Source: Mycobacterium leprae TN (GTDB taxonomy: Bacteria > Actinomycetota > Actinomycetes > Mycobacteriales > Mycobacteriaceae). Taken from it: a stretch of DNA of 32,000 nucleotides. Location: the NCBI RefSeq assembly GCF_000195855.1, contig NC_002677.1, positions 1,620,001-1,652,000 of the forward strand, read 5' to 3'. The notes under the pieces were generated by a model. That model saw nothing but the letters and a program-made list of their open reading frames with translations, was not told the origin of the DNA and made no database searches. Shown here piece by piece: positions 31,114 to 32,000 of this stretch (positions within the stretch are counted from its first letter, which is position 1; each line of letters begins with the position of its first letter). The position numbers were made by a program, and so were the translations under genes.

Positions 31114-32000
31114 GTGTTGCGGGGTTTTTGTTGGTGGGTGGCTGACTGCCTGCTTTCGATGAGGCTTCGTGTGCTTTGCCGCAGTGGACACGATTAGCGC
31201 GGCGCACGTAAGCATGTCGGTGGTGGGTGCTGCTTGGTCTACATGTTGATGATGCCAGGGGCTGGGCACCTGGGCTGTGCTGAAGGCGATATCGATGCAG
31301 GCGTGAGTGTGAGGATAGTTGTTAGCGCCGCGGGGTAGGGGCGTTTTAGTGTGCATGTCATGGCCTTGAGGTGTCGGCGTGGTCAATGTGGCCGCACCTG
31401 AACAGGCACGTCCCCGTGCACGGTATAACTATTCGCACCTGATGTTATCCCTTGCACCATTTCTGCCGCTGGTATCGGTGTCGGCGGCTTGTTGACCGGC
31501 CCTCAGCCAGCAAGCAGGCATGCCGCCGGGTGCAGCAGTATCGTGTTAGTGAACAGTGCATCGATGATCCGGCCGTCGGCGGCACATACGGCAACCTTCT
31601 AGCGCAGATCAACCACCCACACCCCACCAGCCCACCACAACACCACCCAAACCAAACCAGCAAAAAATAACCACCAAATGACCATCACGACGACACCTTG
31701 AAGTCTAAACGGACAAGTTACTGGTTACTGGCCGGGCGCGGCTTTACCCGATAGCAGCGGACGGCTGTCAACGCGATACTTCACGCCCCCATGGCCAAGA
31801 CGGCTCACTGAGCAATGATTTCAGTCACCGCCTAGAATCGCACTTCGCGCCTGGCAGATGAAATCATAGTCAGCTCGGGTAAGAACGATCGAGTCTATCC
31901 TAGACCCCAAACACCACACGATGTCGATCACGCACTGAATGGTCGGCAGCACGAAAAGCGTCGTAAGTGCCGCCTCGCTGCCCGGTAGGAACTGCGGCAG
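31114..32000 (+). repeat. RLEP dispersed repeat, right copy (truncated by window end)
   Basis: It contains, on the + strand, TGCATGTCATGGCCTTGAGG (31352..31371) and the complement of CACCGATACCAGCGGCAGAA (31461..31480), giving a 129-bp amplicon. It also contains GCAGTATCGTGTTAGTGAACAGTGCA (31535..31560), TCGATGATCCGGCCGTCGGCG (31561..31581) and the complement of CGCTAGAAGGTTGCCGTATGTG (31583..31604), giving a 70-bp amplicon. These are the published RLEP assays as I recall them. The inner end is at 31114, 158 nt upstream of the polA start. Confidence 0.9.
31821..32000 (-). pseudogene. Second (inverted) copy of the LysE-like fragment, inside the right repeat arm
   Basis: Exact reverse complement of 27332..27511 by direct comparison. 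It runs off the window edge. Confidence 0.4.

Noticed and set aside
27332-32000. Interpreting RLEP-polA-RLEP as a composite transposon that carries polA.
   Set aside because: Neither arm contains a credible transposase gene, and I saw no target-site duplication at the inner ends. Homologous recombination or duplication between repeats is the simpler explanation.

Overview
The window looks like Mycobacterium leprae chromosome. Two inverted copies of the leprosy-specific RLEP repeat are present; they contain the primer and probe sites of both standard RLEP PCR assays as I remember them. Gene content splits into three parts. (1) 1..13258 is an intact, densely packed + strand housekeeping block: recN (5' end cut by the window), steA-like, mctB-like, pyrG, a frameshifted Nudix pseudogene, xerD, an O-methyltransferase remnant (- strand), parA-like, scpA, scpB, rluB-like, cmk and der. 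From memory this is collinear with M. tuberculosis Rv1696..Rv1713. (2) 13259..28219 is about 15 kb of gene decay. I can recognise at least 15 pseudogenes or fragments: REP13E12/HNH, cyclase, IclR, IS701-like transposase, tyrosine integrase, CoA-transferase III, GNAT, aminoglycoside-phosphotransferase-like kinase, F420-dependent nitroreductase, M28 peptidase, L-gulonolactone oxidase, SDR and LysE. Only a tRNA-Pro(GGG) and one uninterrupted 187-codon ORF look functional there. (3) 27332..32000 holds an intact polA (- strand) bracketed by RLEP copies of at least 887 bp in inverted orientation, with no mismatch found by eye. One copy ends 1 nt from the polA stop codon. I found no CRISPR array, no rRNA and no intact multi-gene system that looks novel. 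The observations most worth following up are the polA-between-inverted-RLEP cassette, the mobile-element fossils on both sides of tRNA-Pro, and the single surviving ORF in the decayed region. All homology statements are by-eye motif recognition and memory of M. tuberculosis orthologues, not database searches. Pseudogene boundaries are approximate.
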